64,000 bases of DNA. Origin: an uncultured Candidatus Saccharibacteria bacterium (GTDB lineage: Bacteria > Patescibacteriota > Minisyncoccia > Phycocordibacterales > DATDWN01). Location: the NCBI GenBank assembly GCA_964469605.1, contig CAYXZA010000003.1, forward strand, positions 3,721 to 67,720, in the 5' to 3' direction. The notes below the pieces were generated by a model. The model had not been told where the DNA came from, did no database searches, and saw only the letters and a program-made list of their open reading frames with translations. This document shows positions 29,068 through 37,312 of this stretch, piece by piece (the first letter of the stretch is position 1; the number at the start of each line of letters is the position of its first letter). Position numbers and translations under genes: made by a program.

Positions 29068-29868
29068 ATGAGCAGTCAGAAAATCGAGAAAGTGGCACTG
29101 AAGGACTTGAAGATTAGTCTGTTTGTTCGCAAACAGCTGAATCAAGAACATGCACTGTATCTTGCAGAGCTCATCGAGAATGGTACCCAACTCCCTCCAA
29201 TCCAAATCACAAGTGATTATGTGGTGATCGATGGACGGCATCGTATCGAGGCTCACGGTCTTAATAATCAAAATGAGATCATGGCTGAGATTGTGGATAA
29301 TATTGTAACTGATAGTGAACTTATTTCTATGGCCTACAGGGCCAATATAGGTGGTCCGCTTCCACCATCGCAGCATGACACGGAGTATACGGTTATGTTA
29401 CTTCTTGATCGTGGAGAGAATATAAAGCGCATCGCCTGTATGCTAGGTCTTCCTATTAATCTGGCACGCAAGTACATCAACTCAGTGCAGTCGAAGGTTT
29501 TGCGTAAAAAGTTGATAAAGGCTATTAGAGGGATCACTGAGGATGGTATTACTATCGATACGGCCGCCGATAAGTACGGGGTGAATGCTGATTCCATCAA
29601 ACAAATGATTTCCGGCCAAAATAGGAAGTGTAATAGTGATTTTTTCTCAGATGTTATGAAAGGTCTCAATGTGACCTATAAATCGGTGAATTTGAAGAAA
29701 GCAGCCCTTTTCAAAGAATTAATGCAAAAATATGATGATAGTGATGTGACAGATGAGCAGGTGGAAGAAGTTTTTGCGCGTATCGAAAAGCTTCATAATC
29801 GGTCCGCTCATCTTGTTAATGAATGGAAGAGGCGGTTCGAGGCGAAAGGTAAGATTGCAAGGTTGTAG
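29068..29868 (+). CDS. ParB/Srx-fold (ParB N-terminal domain) protein.
   Basis: SD aaggag is present upstream. N-terminal region VALKDLKISLFVRKQ...LPPIQITSDYVVIDGRHRIEAHGL matches the ParB N-terminal domain pattern (arginine-containing H/RR box after vIDG). Confidence 0.6.
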   Translation: MSSQKIEKVALKDLKISLFVRKQLNQEHALYLAELIENGTQLPPIQITSDYVVIDGRHRIEAHGLNNQNEIMAEIVDNIVTDSELISMAYRANIGGPLPPSQHDTEYTVMLLLDRGENIKRIACMLGLPINLARKYINSVQSKVLRKKLIKAIRGITEDGITIDTAADKYGVNADSIKQMISGQNRKCNSDFFSDVMKGLNVTYKSVNLKKAALFKELMQKYDDSDVTDEQVEEVFARIEKLHNRSAHLVNEWKRRFEAKGKIARL

Positions 29869-29890
29869 TAGTTCTTTTGTGTAAGTATGG

Positions 29891-29930
29891 GCCCGAGGTA
29901 TCACACTCTATGTGTACCTCGGTTTTTTAT
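29891..29930 (+). terminator. Rho-independent terminator at the end of the island operon.
   Basis: cccgaggtatcacactctatgtgtacctcgg is followed by ttttttatatttttt. Confidence 0.5.
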
Positions 29931-30727
29931 ATTTTTTATAATTGCACCAATTGTTTCAAATAAATAAAGTTTTATTCACCAATATTTCTGGTGTAGTTAT
30001 CTAAAAAATACTCCCATCCTTTCAAAAGAAAAATCCATATTCGCCAAATCAAAATTAGCAAAGAGTTGTTTTTTGTGAAATATTTAATAAAGTAATTGGT
30101 GATAAGGATATTCAATTAATAATTTTGAAAATAGGTGTGTAAGATGGAGAAATGTATTATTAAAATATTATTTTATATATAGCAGAAACCCTCGGCTTGT
30201 TGAGCCGAGGGTTGTTTTAGATCTCTAAACTTGCCCCTTAGTTATTCGACTCGATGTTAGCATCGAGAGCACAGCCACTCTTTTCTGATGATGTGGCGTT
30301 AGAATGTGCTAGGAAGTTCATTTTTCGAATGAGCCTCGGGTATTTTTTGACCCGAACACCTTTTTTAGTGGTGCTCCTTCTTCAATTCAGAGTTACTGTG
30401 GAGTGATTTTTGTCTAACATCTCACACCCCAGGGCTTAGAAATCTTTGGCTTAATTTATGTTTGCGCAGGCCTTTGCGCTTTTAGTTACTTCATTTAATG
30501 TACCCTCCTTTTAAGGTACATCATTAATGATATCATATTATTAATATTATGTCAAGTTTTTAAATAATAATTTTTTAACATAAATTAAACCAATCTTAAA
30601 GTGGTTTTTATAAATATTTAATTTAAGTTATCTGGTTAAAAAAATCAAAATTTTTTAATTACTTTAATCAGTGGGCGAATGTATTATTATAATTCGCCCA
30701 AAATAATCATATTTTTATAGCATTTAT

Positions 30728-30979
30728 CTATTTGATTGAAGTTTCTGTTGGTTTTCTCATAAACCATTCACCGGCAAAACTTTTTTTCTTTTTTCCGGTA
30801 TTGATAGTTACTGTATAATCAGCTGAAGAAATTTTTCCGTTTTTATTATCTCTTTTTCTTAGAGCTACTATCTCAAATGGTCCATTTCCATATTTATTTA
30901 TCATTTCAGGTAGCATAGAAGGATAAGATTTTTTGTCCCAATATACAAATTCTCCAAGTGTTAAGTTCTTGATTATCAA
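30728..30979 (-). CDS. Hypothetical small protein (83 aa).
   Basis: SD aaaaggag lies 5 nt upstream of the ATG. The downstream terminator hairpin gggcgaatgtattattataattcgccc is present. No family recognised. Confidence 0.35.
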   Translation of the reverse strand: MIIKNLTLGEFVYWDKKSYPSMLPEMINKYGNGPFEIVALRKRDNKNGKISSADYTVTINTGKKKKSFAGEWFMRKPTETSIK

Positions 30980-31031
30980 CTTAGACTCCTTTTGTAATTA
31001 TGCATATTATATAAATATATGTCAAATCTTG

Positions 31032-31153
31032 TGGGCAAGGAGGGACTTTACCTCGAAAAAACTAGTCTCAGTCAGACTAGTTTTTTCTGGTCACCAGTTT
31101 GTCGACAAGCACTGCTGTGCTCGTAGACCGACAAACTGTTCTCGTCCCTCTCA
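31032..31153 (-). other. tRNA-Leu trailer element (distal copy). It has a tRNA-Leu 3'-end copy, a terminator hairpin, an anti-T-arm motif and a covarying stem-loop.
   Basis: tgggcaaggagggact (31032-31047) matches the tRNA-Leu(TAG) 3' end. Hairpin aaaaaactagtctcagtcagactagtttttt is present. Minus-sense gagggacgagaac and ggtctacgagcacagcagtgcttgtcgac are present. Confidence 0.4.
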
Positions 31154-31165
31154 TAAAGCTCCGCT

Positions 31166-31318
31166 TTATTCGAGAAATACCCCTCAGCTTTGCTGTGGGG
31201 ATTGGTAAAAGAGTGTCGGCGGTGGCCGACTCCTATACGAATATAAGAGCCATGGTTCGCCTCGCCAATACCTCGTTTGCTCTGCCAGCGAGGATCAGGC
31301 GAGGCGACTGCTTTTATT
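31166..31318. repeat. GC-rich structured repeat family, copy A (~150 bp).
   Basis: ttattcgagaaatacccctcagctttgctgtgggg...cgcctcgccaatacctcgtttgctctgccagcgaggatcaggcgaggcgactgcttttatt is ~96% identical to 51429-51581. Strong internal hairpins are present. Confidence 0.8.
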
Positions 31319-31478
31319 CTTGCTCCAACTAAAAAGCCGCCTAAGCGACTTTTTAGTGTGGACGAACAGTGTGGCTTTCCGAACTAGGGAAGTATAAGGG
31401 TTAAATAAGTTTAAGTATTAAAGAATTAAGTTTCATAAACGAGAAAGCCACGAGTGGTCTGTGACTTCTCGTGGCTTG

Positions 31479-31718
31479 TTAGTCGCCAATTGCGTTTTGA
31501 CGACCTGGCTGGGATTGGTGTTTCCAGTTCTTGGCTCCCTCATCAGCCAGGTACTTCAGGGCTCTGATGGAGTTTTTTCCATTTCGCATTGCTTGTCGCA
31601 ATGTTGCAGTGAAAAGTTCCTCACCTCCAATTTCCTCTTGAAAGGTTTTACCACCAGCAATAATGGTGATGGTTCCTTTCATTTCAAAACCGCCCGGTAG
31701 TTCATCTTTGGGTAACAT
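31479..31718 (-). CDS. Hypothetical small protein (79 aa).
   Basis: SD gaggagg lies 10 nt upstream of the ATG. Terminator gccacgagaagtcacagaccactcgtggc is present downstream. No family recognised. Confidence 0.4.
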   Translation of the reverse strand: MLPKDELPGGFEMKGTITIIAGGKTFQEEIGGEELFTATLRQAMRNGKNSIRALKYLADEGAKNWKHQSQPGRQNAIGD

Positions 31719-31844
31719 TTTCGCTGTGCCTCCTCATTTGAGTATAGCACATAAATTGCACTATGTCAAATAAGTTCGGAAAACCACCCATCTTATTCAA
31801 AATGAGTTAAAAAATATGTTGAGAAATAAAGTTATTTCGTAAGA

Positions 31845-31862
31845 TGGGCAAGGAGGGACTCG
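31845..31862 (-). repeat. Duplicate of the tRNA-Leu(TAG) 3' end (proximal copy).
   Basis: tgggcaaggagggactcg is identical to 31990-32007 in the tRNA gene. Confidence 0.7.
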
Positions 31863-31989
31863 GTTGCAACTTTTGTTTTTCGTGAACTTAAAACAAAGTC
31901 GCGACCCCGCCTCACTTCTTTCTGGCTTTCTCGTCCCTCTCCAAACACACAAAAAATCACCTCAAGAAAGAAGTGATTTTTAGGTGTTG

Positions 31990-32071
31990 TGGGCAAGGAG
32001 GGACTCGAACCCTCAATCCTTACGGAACTAGTTCCTAAGACTAGCGCGTATACCAATTCCGCCACTTGCCC
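31990..32071 (-). tRNA. tRNA-Leu (anticodon TAG) with a long variable arm.
   Basis: Reverse complement is gggcaagtggcggaattggtatacgcgctagtcttaggaactagttccgtaaggattgagggttcgagtccctccttgccca. Anticodon loop cttagga. Confidence 0.85.
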
Positions 32072-32145
32072 AATTTATATACTCTACACTATTTTCATAA
32101 AAAAATAAATAAGTATTTTATTTTTTTATGAAATATATTTTTATG

Positions 32146-32218
32146 TGCGCCCAGAGGGGATCGAACCCCCGACCATCTCCTTAAGAGGGAGCTGCTCTAC
32201 CAACTGAGCTATGGGCGC
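32146..32218 (-). tRNA. tRNA-Lys (anticodon CTT).
   Basis: Reverse complement is gcgcccatagctcagttggtagagcagctccctcttaaggagatggtcgggggttcgatcccctctgggcgca. Anticodon loop ctcttaa. Confidence 0.85.
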
Positions 32219-32224
32219 ATATTT

Positions 32225-32308
32225 TGGTGCCCAGGGAGGGACTCGAACCCTCAAGCCTTGCGGCAGGAGATTTTAAGTCTCCCGTGTATACCGTTCCACC
32301 ACCTGGGC
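32225..32308 (-). tRNA. tRNA-Leu (anticodon TAA), long variable arm, CCA encoded.
   Basis: Reverse complement is gcccaggtggtggaacggtatacacgggagacttaaaatctcctgccgcaaggcttgagggttcgagtccctccctgggcacca. Anticodon loop cttaaaa. Confidence 0.85.
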
Positions 32309-32348
32309 AATAAAATCAATTTAACATATTTTTTGAAATTAAAAAACA

Positions 32349-32422
32349 TTATTTGATTGAGGCCACGGTGGGATTTGCACCCACGCGTCGCGGTTTTGCA
32401 GACCGCTGTGTTAACTAACTTC
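32349..32422 (-). tRNA. tRNA-Cys (anticodon GCA).
   Basis: Reverse complement is ggccacgtggtgaagttagttaacacagcggtctgcaaaaccgcgacgcgtgggtgcaaatcccaccgtggcct. Anticodon loop ctgcaaa. Confidence 0.85.
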
Positions 32423-32435
32423 ACCACGTGGCCAT

Positions 32436-32675
32436 TTATTTGAACTTATTTTTAATGAGCAATCTTTGTTCTTTTGATTTGTAAAACATCTCCATTTCCA
32501 TAGCTTTTTTCCTTGATTCGTGTTCTTCATAATGAATCAGTTCCCATGGTCTGTATGCTTTCGTCGATCTGACATAACCTTTATTATGCCTTGAAAATCT
32601 AATAAATACATCTTGGCATGAACCTATATAAATGTCTTTATTTTTTAAACTTCTTATAAAATATACATAAAACAT
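32436..32675 (-). CDS. GIY-YIG nuclease superfamily protein (UPF0213/YhbQ-like).
   Basis: MFYVYFIRSLKNKDIYIGSCQDVFIRFSRHNKGYVRSTKAYRPWELIHYEEHESRKKAMEMEMFYKSKE matches the GIY...YIG...R...HN...E motif order. Confidence 0.65.
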   Translation of the reverse strand: MFYVYFIRSLKNKDIYIGSCQDVFIRFSRHNKGYVRSTKAYRPWELIHYEEHESRKKAMEMEMFYKSKEQRLLIKNKFK

Positions 32676-32694
32676 TTTAGTAAATATTACGATC

Positions 32695-32775
32695 GCGGTT
32701 TTGTCTAAAGATCTTTAGACAGACCGTTTAACTAACTTCACCACGTGGCCATTTATTTGAACTTATTTTTAATGA
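32695..32775 (-). repeat. Pseudo-tRNA-Cys 5' fragment plus 48-bp direct repeat (copy 2) of the sequence at 32400-32447.
   Basis: ttaactaacttcaccacgtggccatttatttgaacttatttttaatga is identical at 32400-32447 and 32728-32775. The copy has a disrupted anticodon region (palindrome tctaaagatctttaga inserted) and no T arm. Confidence 0.7.
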
Positions 32776-32787
32776 ACAACTTCTCTT

Positions 32788-33108
32788 TTATGTATTTATA
32801 ATACTGTCTATTTTTTGACGATTTTTTTCACCTACATCTATTGCAAAATCTATATGAGGTATTCTGGTTATTTTAGATTTATCTCTTATAAATTGTTTAA
32901 AATCAGACCTTTTTCTTTTTGCAAAGTTTACAGCATTCTTCTCTTCGCTATCTGGAAATACTGTAAAGAAAATCATAGCATTTTTTTTGTCATTTGACAT
33001 TTCCACTTTTGTCACAGTCAAAAATGAAGAACCGTTACTCTCTTGTAGTAAAAATTTTGATGCCAAATGCATTATCTCTTCTTTTATTCTTTCTCTTCTT
33101 ATATTCAT
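32788..33108 (-). CDS. rbfA: Ribosome-binding factor A.
   Basis: MNIRRERIKEEIMHLASKFL... at ~106 aa, KH-like. The gene lies immediately downstream of infB, as in conserved operons. Confidence 0.55.
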   Translation of the reverse strand: MNIRRERIKEEIMHLASKFLLQESNGSSFLTVTKVEMSNDKKNAMIFFTVFPDSEEKNAVNFAKRKRSDFKQFIRDKSKITRIPHIDFAIDVGEKNRQKIDSIINT

Positions 33109-34556
33109 TAGTTTATTATGATTTTATCACCGGATGCTATTTCTAGCTTACATTCTACCATTGCTCCAAATTCTTTTGGATCCTCTATTTTATCAACTTC
33201 AACTTTTTGAACCTGCAAGTTTTTAACTTTTCCTATTGATATCTCCTCGTCCCTTCTAAATATTTTAATAGGGGAGCCAACTTTGATAACTCCTTCTTCT
33301 AGTTTACATCCTATGACTTGTTTGTCTTTAACTTTGCTAAATGTTTTCAATACTTTTACCAAACCTTTTACAGTTTCAACATCATTTTTTGGTTTTCTGT
33401 TTTCCAACTCTTCTTTCAACCACTCGCTCATCTTGTATATAATATCAAAAGTTTTTATTTCAATCCCTTCTTTTTCTGCAAAATGTGAAGCTAGATTGTC
33501 TGCTTTTACAGAAAAACCTACAACAATAGCTTTGTCTTTTCCATTTGCAATTTTAACATCGGCTTCTGTTATAGATCCTATTCCTGATCTTATTATTTTT
33601 GGAGATATTTCTTCATCGCCAATTTTTGATATCTCATATAAGACAGCATCAAGTGTTCCTGCCATATCAGCTTTAACAACTATTGGAAATCTATGTTTTG
33701 AATTTTTATCAATATAGTCTTCTTGGTTTTCAATCTTGTTTTTAGATGAGATTGCAGAGTTTTTATCTTTTGTTATATGAAAAAATTCTCCGGCTTTTGG
33801 TATGCTGTCAAAACCAAATATTTTAACAGGTGATGAAAAAGTCGCTTCTTTTATCTTTTTTCCATCACAATCCTCCATTGTTCTGATAGTTGCTATTGAT
33901 TCACCGCTAACTAGAAAATCACCAACTTCAATCTTTCCATCTTTTATTATACAGACTGCTGTTATTCCATTTTTACTATCTTTGTTACTTTCAAGTATAA
34001 ATCCATTACCGAGTTTATTTTCATCTCCGGATAGTCCTTCTATGTCTGAAACTAAAAGTATCATATCTAAAAGTTCGTTTATACCAACTCCTGTTTTTGC
34101 TGACACTTCAACACAAGGTATACTTCCTCCATATCCTTCTATGTATATTTCATTTTCAACAAGTGAGTTTTTTGTCTTTTCTATACTAGCATCTGGTTTG
34201 TCTATTTTTGTTATAGCCACAATGAAAGGGGTGTTGCTTTCTTTTATAAATTTTAAAGCTTCAACTGTTTGGGGTTTTACACCATCTTCGGCTGATACGA
34301 CAAGGATTGCTATATCTGCAACTTTTGCACCTCTTTTTCTTATTGACCTAAAAGCTTCGTGACCCGGGGTGTCAATAAAAGTTATTTTTTCTATCTGACC
34401 TTTTTCGTTTTTATGTTCTATTTCATAAGATGAAATATGTTGTGTTATACCACCAGCTTCATTTAGAGGTTTATTGCTTTTTCTTATATAAGAAAGCAAG
34501 GTTGATTTACCATGGTCTATATGACCCATTATTGAAACTGCTGGGGCTCTTTTCAT
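33108..34556 (-). CDS. infB: Translation initiation factor IF-2 (short form, G domain plus C-terminal domains).
   Basis: G1 VSIMGHIDHGKSTLL is present. G3 DTPGHEAF is present. G4 NKID-type TKIDK is present. Confidence 0.9.
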   Translation of the reverse strand: MKRAPAVSIMGHIDHGKSTLLSYIRKSNKPLNEAGGITQHISSYEIEHKNEKGQIEKITFIDTPGHEAFRSIRKRGAKVADIAILVVSAEDGVKPQTVEALKFIKESNTPFIVAITKIDKPDASIEKTKNSLVENEIYIEGYGGSIPCVEVSAKTGVGINELLDMILLVSDIEGLSGDENKLGNGFILESNKDSKNGITAVCIIKDGKIEVGDFLVSGESIATIRTMEDCDGKKIKEATFSSPVKIFGFDSIPKAGEFFHITKDKNSAISSKNKIENQEDYIDKNSKHRFPIVVKADMAGTLDAVLYEISKIGDEEISPKIIRSGIGSITEADVKIANGKDKAIVVGFSVKADNLASHFAEKEGIEIKTFDIIYKMSEWLKEELENRKPKNDVETVKGLVKVLKTFSKVKDKQVIGCKLEEGVIKVGSPIKIFRRDEEISIGKVKNLQVQKVEVDKIEDPKEFGAMVECKLEIASGDKIIIN

Positions 34557-34561
34557 AATAT

Positions 34562-35035
34562 TTATTTTTTAAGAGTTTTTTTACTTTTTTCTATTACAGA
34601 TTTCTCTTCTTCTGTGGTTTCAAATAGACTTTTAAATTTATTTACAGGTTTACTGAAAATAGATATTCTGTCTCTTGAATGCATACTTGATATAACAACA
34701 CCATCTCCGTTTTCATTTAGAAATGAAGTTGAAAAACTTTGATTTCCTCCATCTCCTGTTCCTTTAAAGGGATTAAACCTAACTGTTTCAACAGATTGAA
34801 TACTTTTTCTCAATCTTTCTTCAACTTCTTTAAAATACTCAATACTATCTAATTCAAATTCTTTTAGTTTGTCTATTTCGTTTTTAGTGTAGATTATTGT
34901 ATCTTCTAAACTTTTAGCATCTTTACCTAAAAGAATCCTTCTTAGTTTTATCTCTATTTTTGCGATCCAAATAACCATTACTATTAAAAGTAATAATAGA
35001 CAATATATTATTATTTGGTCTATATCAAAAGGCAT
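34562..35035 (-). CDS. Hypothetical membrane-anchored coiled-coil protein.
   Basis: 157-aa ORF with an N-terminal TM helix and no recognised family. Confidence 0.3.
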   Translation of the reverse strand: MPFDIDQIIIYCLLLLLIVMVIWIAKIEIKLRRILLGKDAKSLEDTIIYTKNEIDKLKEFELDSIEYFKEVEERLRKSIQSVETVRFNPFKGTGDGGNQSFSTSFLNENGDGVVISSMHSRDRISIFSKPVNKFKSLFETTEEEKSVIEKSKKTLKK

Positions 35036-35100
35036 TGGGTCAACTCTATCATATTTTTGACCTTTTGCAAAATATGTTTTTTAAGTTAATATGGTAAATA

Positions 35101-36342
35101 ATGAAACTAATATCAAATATAAAAGATCTTTTAAAGAGTAAACCCGAAAGGGTATTTATGGATTTTGCATCTTCTACATTTTTAAGAAAAGAAGTTTCTT
35201 TGTATATGGATCAGTTTAAAGATGTTTTTCATAATCCAAGCTCTATATATCTGGAAGGTAGGATTGCAAAAGAGTTACTTGACAAGGCAAAGAGTTCTTC
35301 TGCTAATTTTCTAAATTGTTCAAAAGATAATATTGTTTTCACGAGTGGTGGAACAGAGTCAAATAACTTATTTATATTGGGAACTATAAAAAAAGCTAAA
35401 GAAAACGGAATAGAAAAACCACACATAATATCTTCAAAAATAGAACATCCATCTGTTATTGAAACTTTAAATCAGTGTGTAAAGATGGGTGCAGAAGTTA
35501 CATTTTTAGATGTAGACAAAGAAGGTTTAGTTTCTGCATCTGTTGTGCATTCTTCCATAAAAGAAAATACAGTTTTAGTTTCTTTGATGTATGTAAACAA
35601 TGAAATAGGAGTTGTAAATGATATAAAAGATATAGGAATGTCTATAAAAAATTGGAAAGAAAAAGACTGTAAAAATGATCTGCAAAAGAAATTCAATTAT
35701 CCTTATTTTTATAGTGATTGTTGTCAGGCACCACTTTATTTCAATATAGATGTCCAGACTTTTGGTTTAGATGGTTTATCTATTGATGGTATAAAGATTT
35801 TTGGGCCAAAAGGTGTAGGACTTTTGTTTGTTAGAAAAAATCTATCAATAGAGTCTATTTTTTTTGGCGGTGGGCAAGAGATGGGACTTAGATCTGGAAC
35901 TGAAAATTATATTTCAGCCATTGGACTTGCAAAAGCTTTGGAGATTGCAAAACAAGAAAGATTTGATGTGTCCGAAAAAGTTTCTGAGTTAAGAGATTAT
36001 TTGAAAGATGAGGTTTTAAAAAATTTTCCAGAAGTCAAAGTTAACGGTTCTTTAAAGAAAAGATCTCCAAATAATATAAATTTTTGTATGAAAGTTTCAG
36101 GTAAATATTTAGATTCAGAGTATTTAACTGTTGTTCTAGATACTTTTGGTCTTTCTGTGTCATACTCCTCCTCTTGCAGAACTCTTAAAGAAGATTCAAG
36201 TTCTTATGTTGTTGAAAACTTAGGTCAAAAAGAGTGTGGCTCTTCTAGTTTGAGATTTTCTCTTTCAAAATACACAACAAAGGAAGATGTGGATTTTGCT
36301 GTAACTGCTTTAAAAAAAGCTGTTAAACAAGTTTGCCTTTAG
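35101..36342 (+). CDS. Cysteine desulfurase-like class V aminotransferase (IscS/NifS family).
   Basis: FTSGGTESNNLFILG is present. The PLP-lysine region is SIDGIKIFGPKGVGLLFVRK. RSGTEN is near the C-terminal third. Confidence 0.7.
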   Translation: MKLISNIKDLLKSKPERVFMDFASSTFLRKEVSLYMDQFKDVFHNPSSIYLEGRIAKELLDKAKSSSANFLNCSKDNIVFTSGGTESNNLFILGTIKKAKENGIEKPHIISSKIEHPSVIETLNQCVKMGAEVTFLDVDKEGLVSASVVHSSIKENTVLVSLMYVNNEIGVVNDIKDIGMSIKNWKEKDCKNDLQKKFNYPYFYSDCCQAPLYFNIDVQTFGLDGLSIDGIKIFGPKGVGLLFVRKNLSIESIFFGGGQEMGLRSGTENYISAIGLAKALEIAKQERFDVSEKVSELRDYLKDEVLKNFPEVKVNGSLKKRSPNNINFCMKVSGKYLDSEYLTVVLDTFGLSVSYSSSCRTLKEDSSSYVVENLGQKECGSSSLRFSLSKYTTKEDVDFAVTALKKAVKQVCL

Positions 36343-36380
36343 TATTTTTTTGGTATAATAAAACTAATAAAAAAAAATAA

Positions 36381-37199
36381 ATGGAAGATCTAAATAAAAA
36401 TCAAATAATATTACTCACAATACTTATATCTTTTGTTACTTCAATAGCAACAGGTATTATGACAGTCTCTCTTTTGATGGAGGCACCTGTCGAAGTTACA
36501 CAAACAATAAATAAAGTTGTAGAAAAAACCATAGAAACAGTAACTACTCCAACTGAAATAGTTAGGGAAACAAATGGAAAGAAAGAAGTTGTAACTGTTG
36601 TTGTAAGTGAAGATGATAGGGTAGTTTCTGCAATAGATAAAAATACAAATTCTATTTTTAGGATTAGAGCTAGAAATAAAGGTCTAGGGGTGGATAATTT
36701 TTATGGGATTGGAATTGTTGTTTCAAAAGACGGCCTTATAGCCACAGATAAAAAACCAATATCAGAAGTTATGGAATATGTTGCTATAAATAGTTCTGGA
36801 AAAGAAATACCACTTGTTTATGTCCAGTCACCAGATAAAAAATCACAAATAGGATTCTTTCTAGCAAAACCAAAAGATAAGTATGTATTTTCACCATCTA
36901 GTTTAGCGGGTTCTGATGCTAAACTAGGGCAATCTGTTATAGCTATCGGTGGAGATGAAGTTAATTCTGTTGCAACTGGAAAAGTTACAACTTTAAATAC
37001 TTTAAGTGTTTCAACTACTACAAAAATTATTACTTCAATAGAAACTGATTTGTCCTCAAAAGATTTAGTTTACGGTGGCCCACTTCTTTCTCTCTCTGGT
37101 GAAGTTTTAGGTATATCATCTTCAGATTTTTCTTCAGCTAGGATTTTTATACCATCTAGTGTTTTAAAAACAGAAGTGTCTCTTATAAAAATCAACTAG
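36381..37199 (+). CDS. Membrane-anchored trypsin-like (DegP/S1-like) homolog, possibly catalytically inactive.
   Basis: N-terminal TM helix. GIGIVVSKDGLIATDKK resembles G.GF.I..dG.IlTN.HV. The GNSGGPL position reads VYGGPLL, with the Ser replaced. The call is weak. Confidence 0.3.
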   Translation: MEDLNKNQIILLTILISFVTSIATGIMTVSLLMEAPVEVTQTINKVVEKTIETVTTPTEIVRETNGKKEVVTVVVSEDDRVVSAIDKNTNSIFRIRARNKGLGVDNFYGIGIVVSKDGLIATDKKPISEVMEYVAINSSGKEIPLVYVQSPDKKSQIGFFLAKPKDKYVFSPSSLAGSDAKLGQSVIAIGGDEVNSVATGKVTTLNTLSVSTTTKIITSIETDLSSKDLVYGGPLLSLSGEVLGISSSDFSSARIFIPSSVLKTEVSLIKIN

Positions 37200-37312
37200 A
37201 AATTTGCAAAAAATTTTTAAGTTTTTGTGTATTTTTCCCTTGACCTAAAAATATTTAGGGAGTATAGTTAACTTGTTAACTATTTTTAAATTTAAGTATA
37301 AAAAATAAAATT

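Noticed and set aside
31099-31332. 77-aa ORF across repeat copy A. A similar 62-aa ORF lies at 51458-51646 across copy C.
   Set aside because: The apparent protein conservation is fully explained by ~96% DNA identity of the non-coding GC-rich repeat. There is no SD and no start context. The spans overlap hairpin-rich sequence.
31832-32065. 77-aa minus-strand ORF.
   Set aside because: It overlaps tRNA-Leu(TAG) and the tRNA 3'-end duplicate, so it is a spurious ORF across RNA genes.
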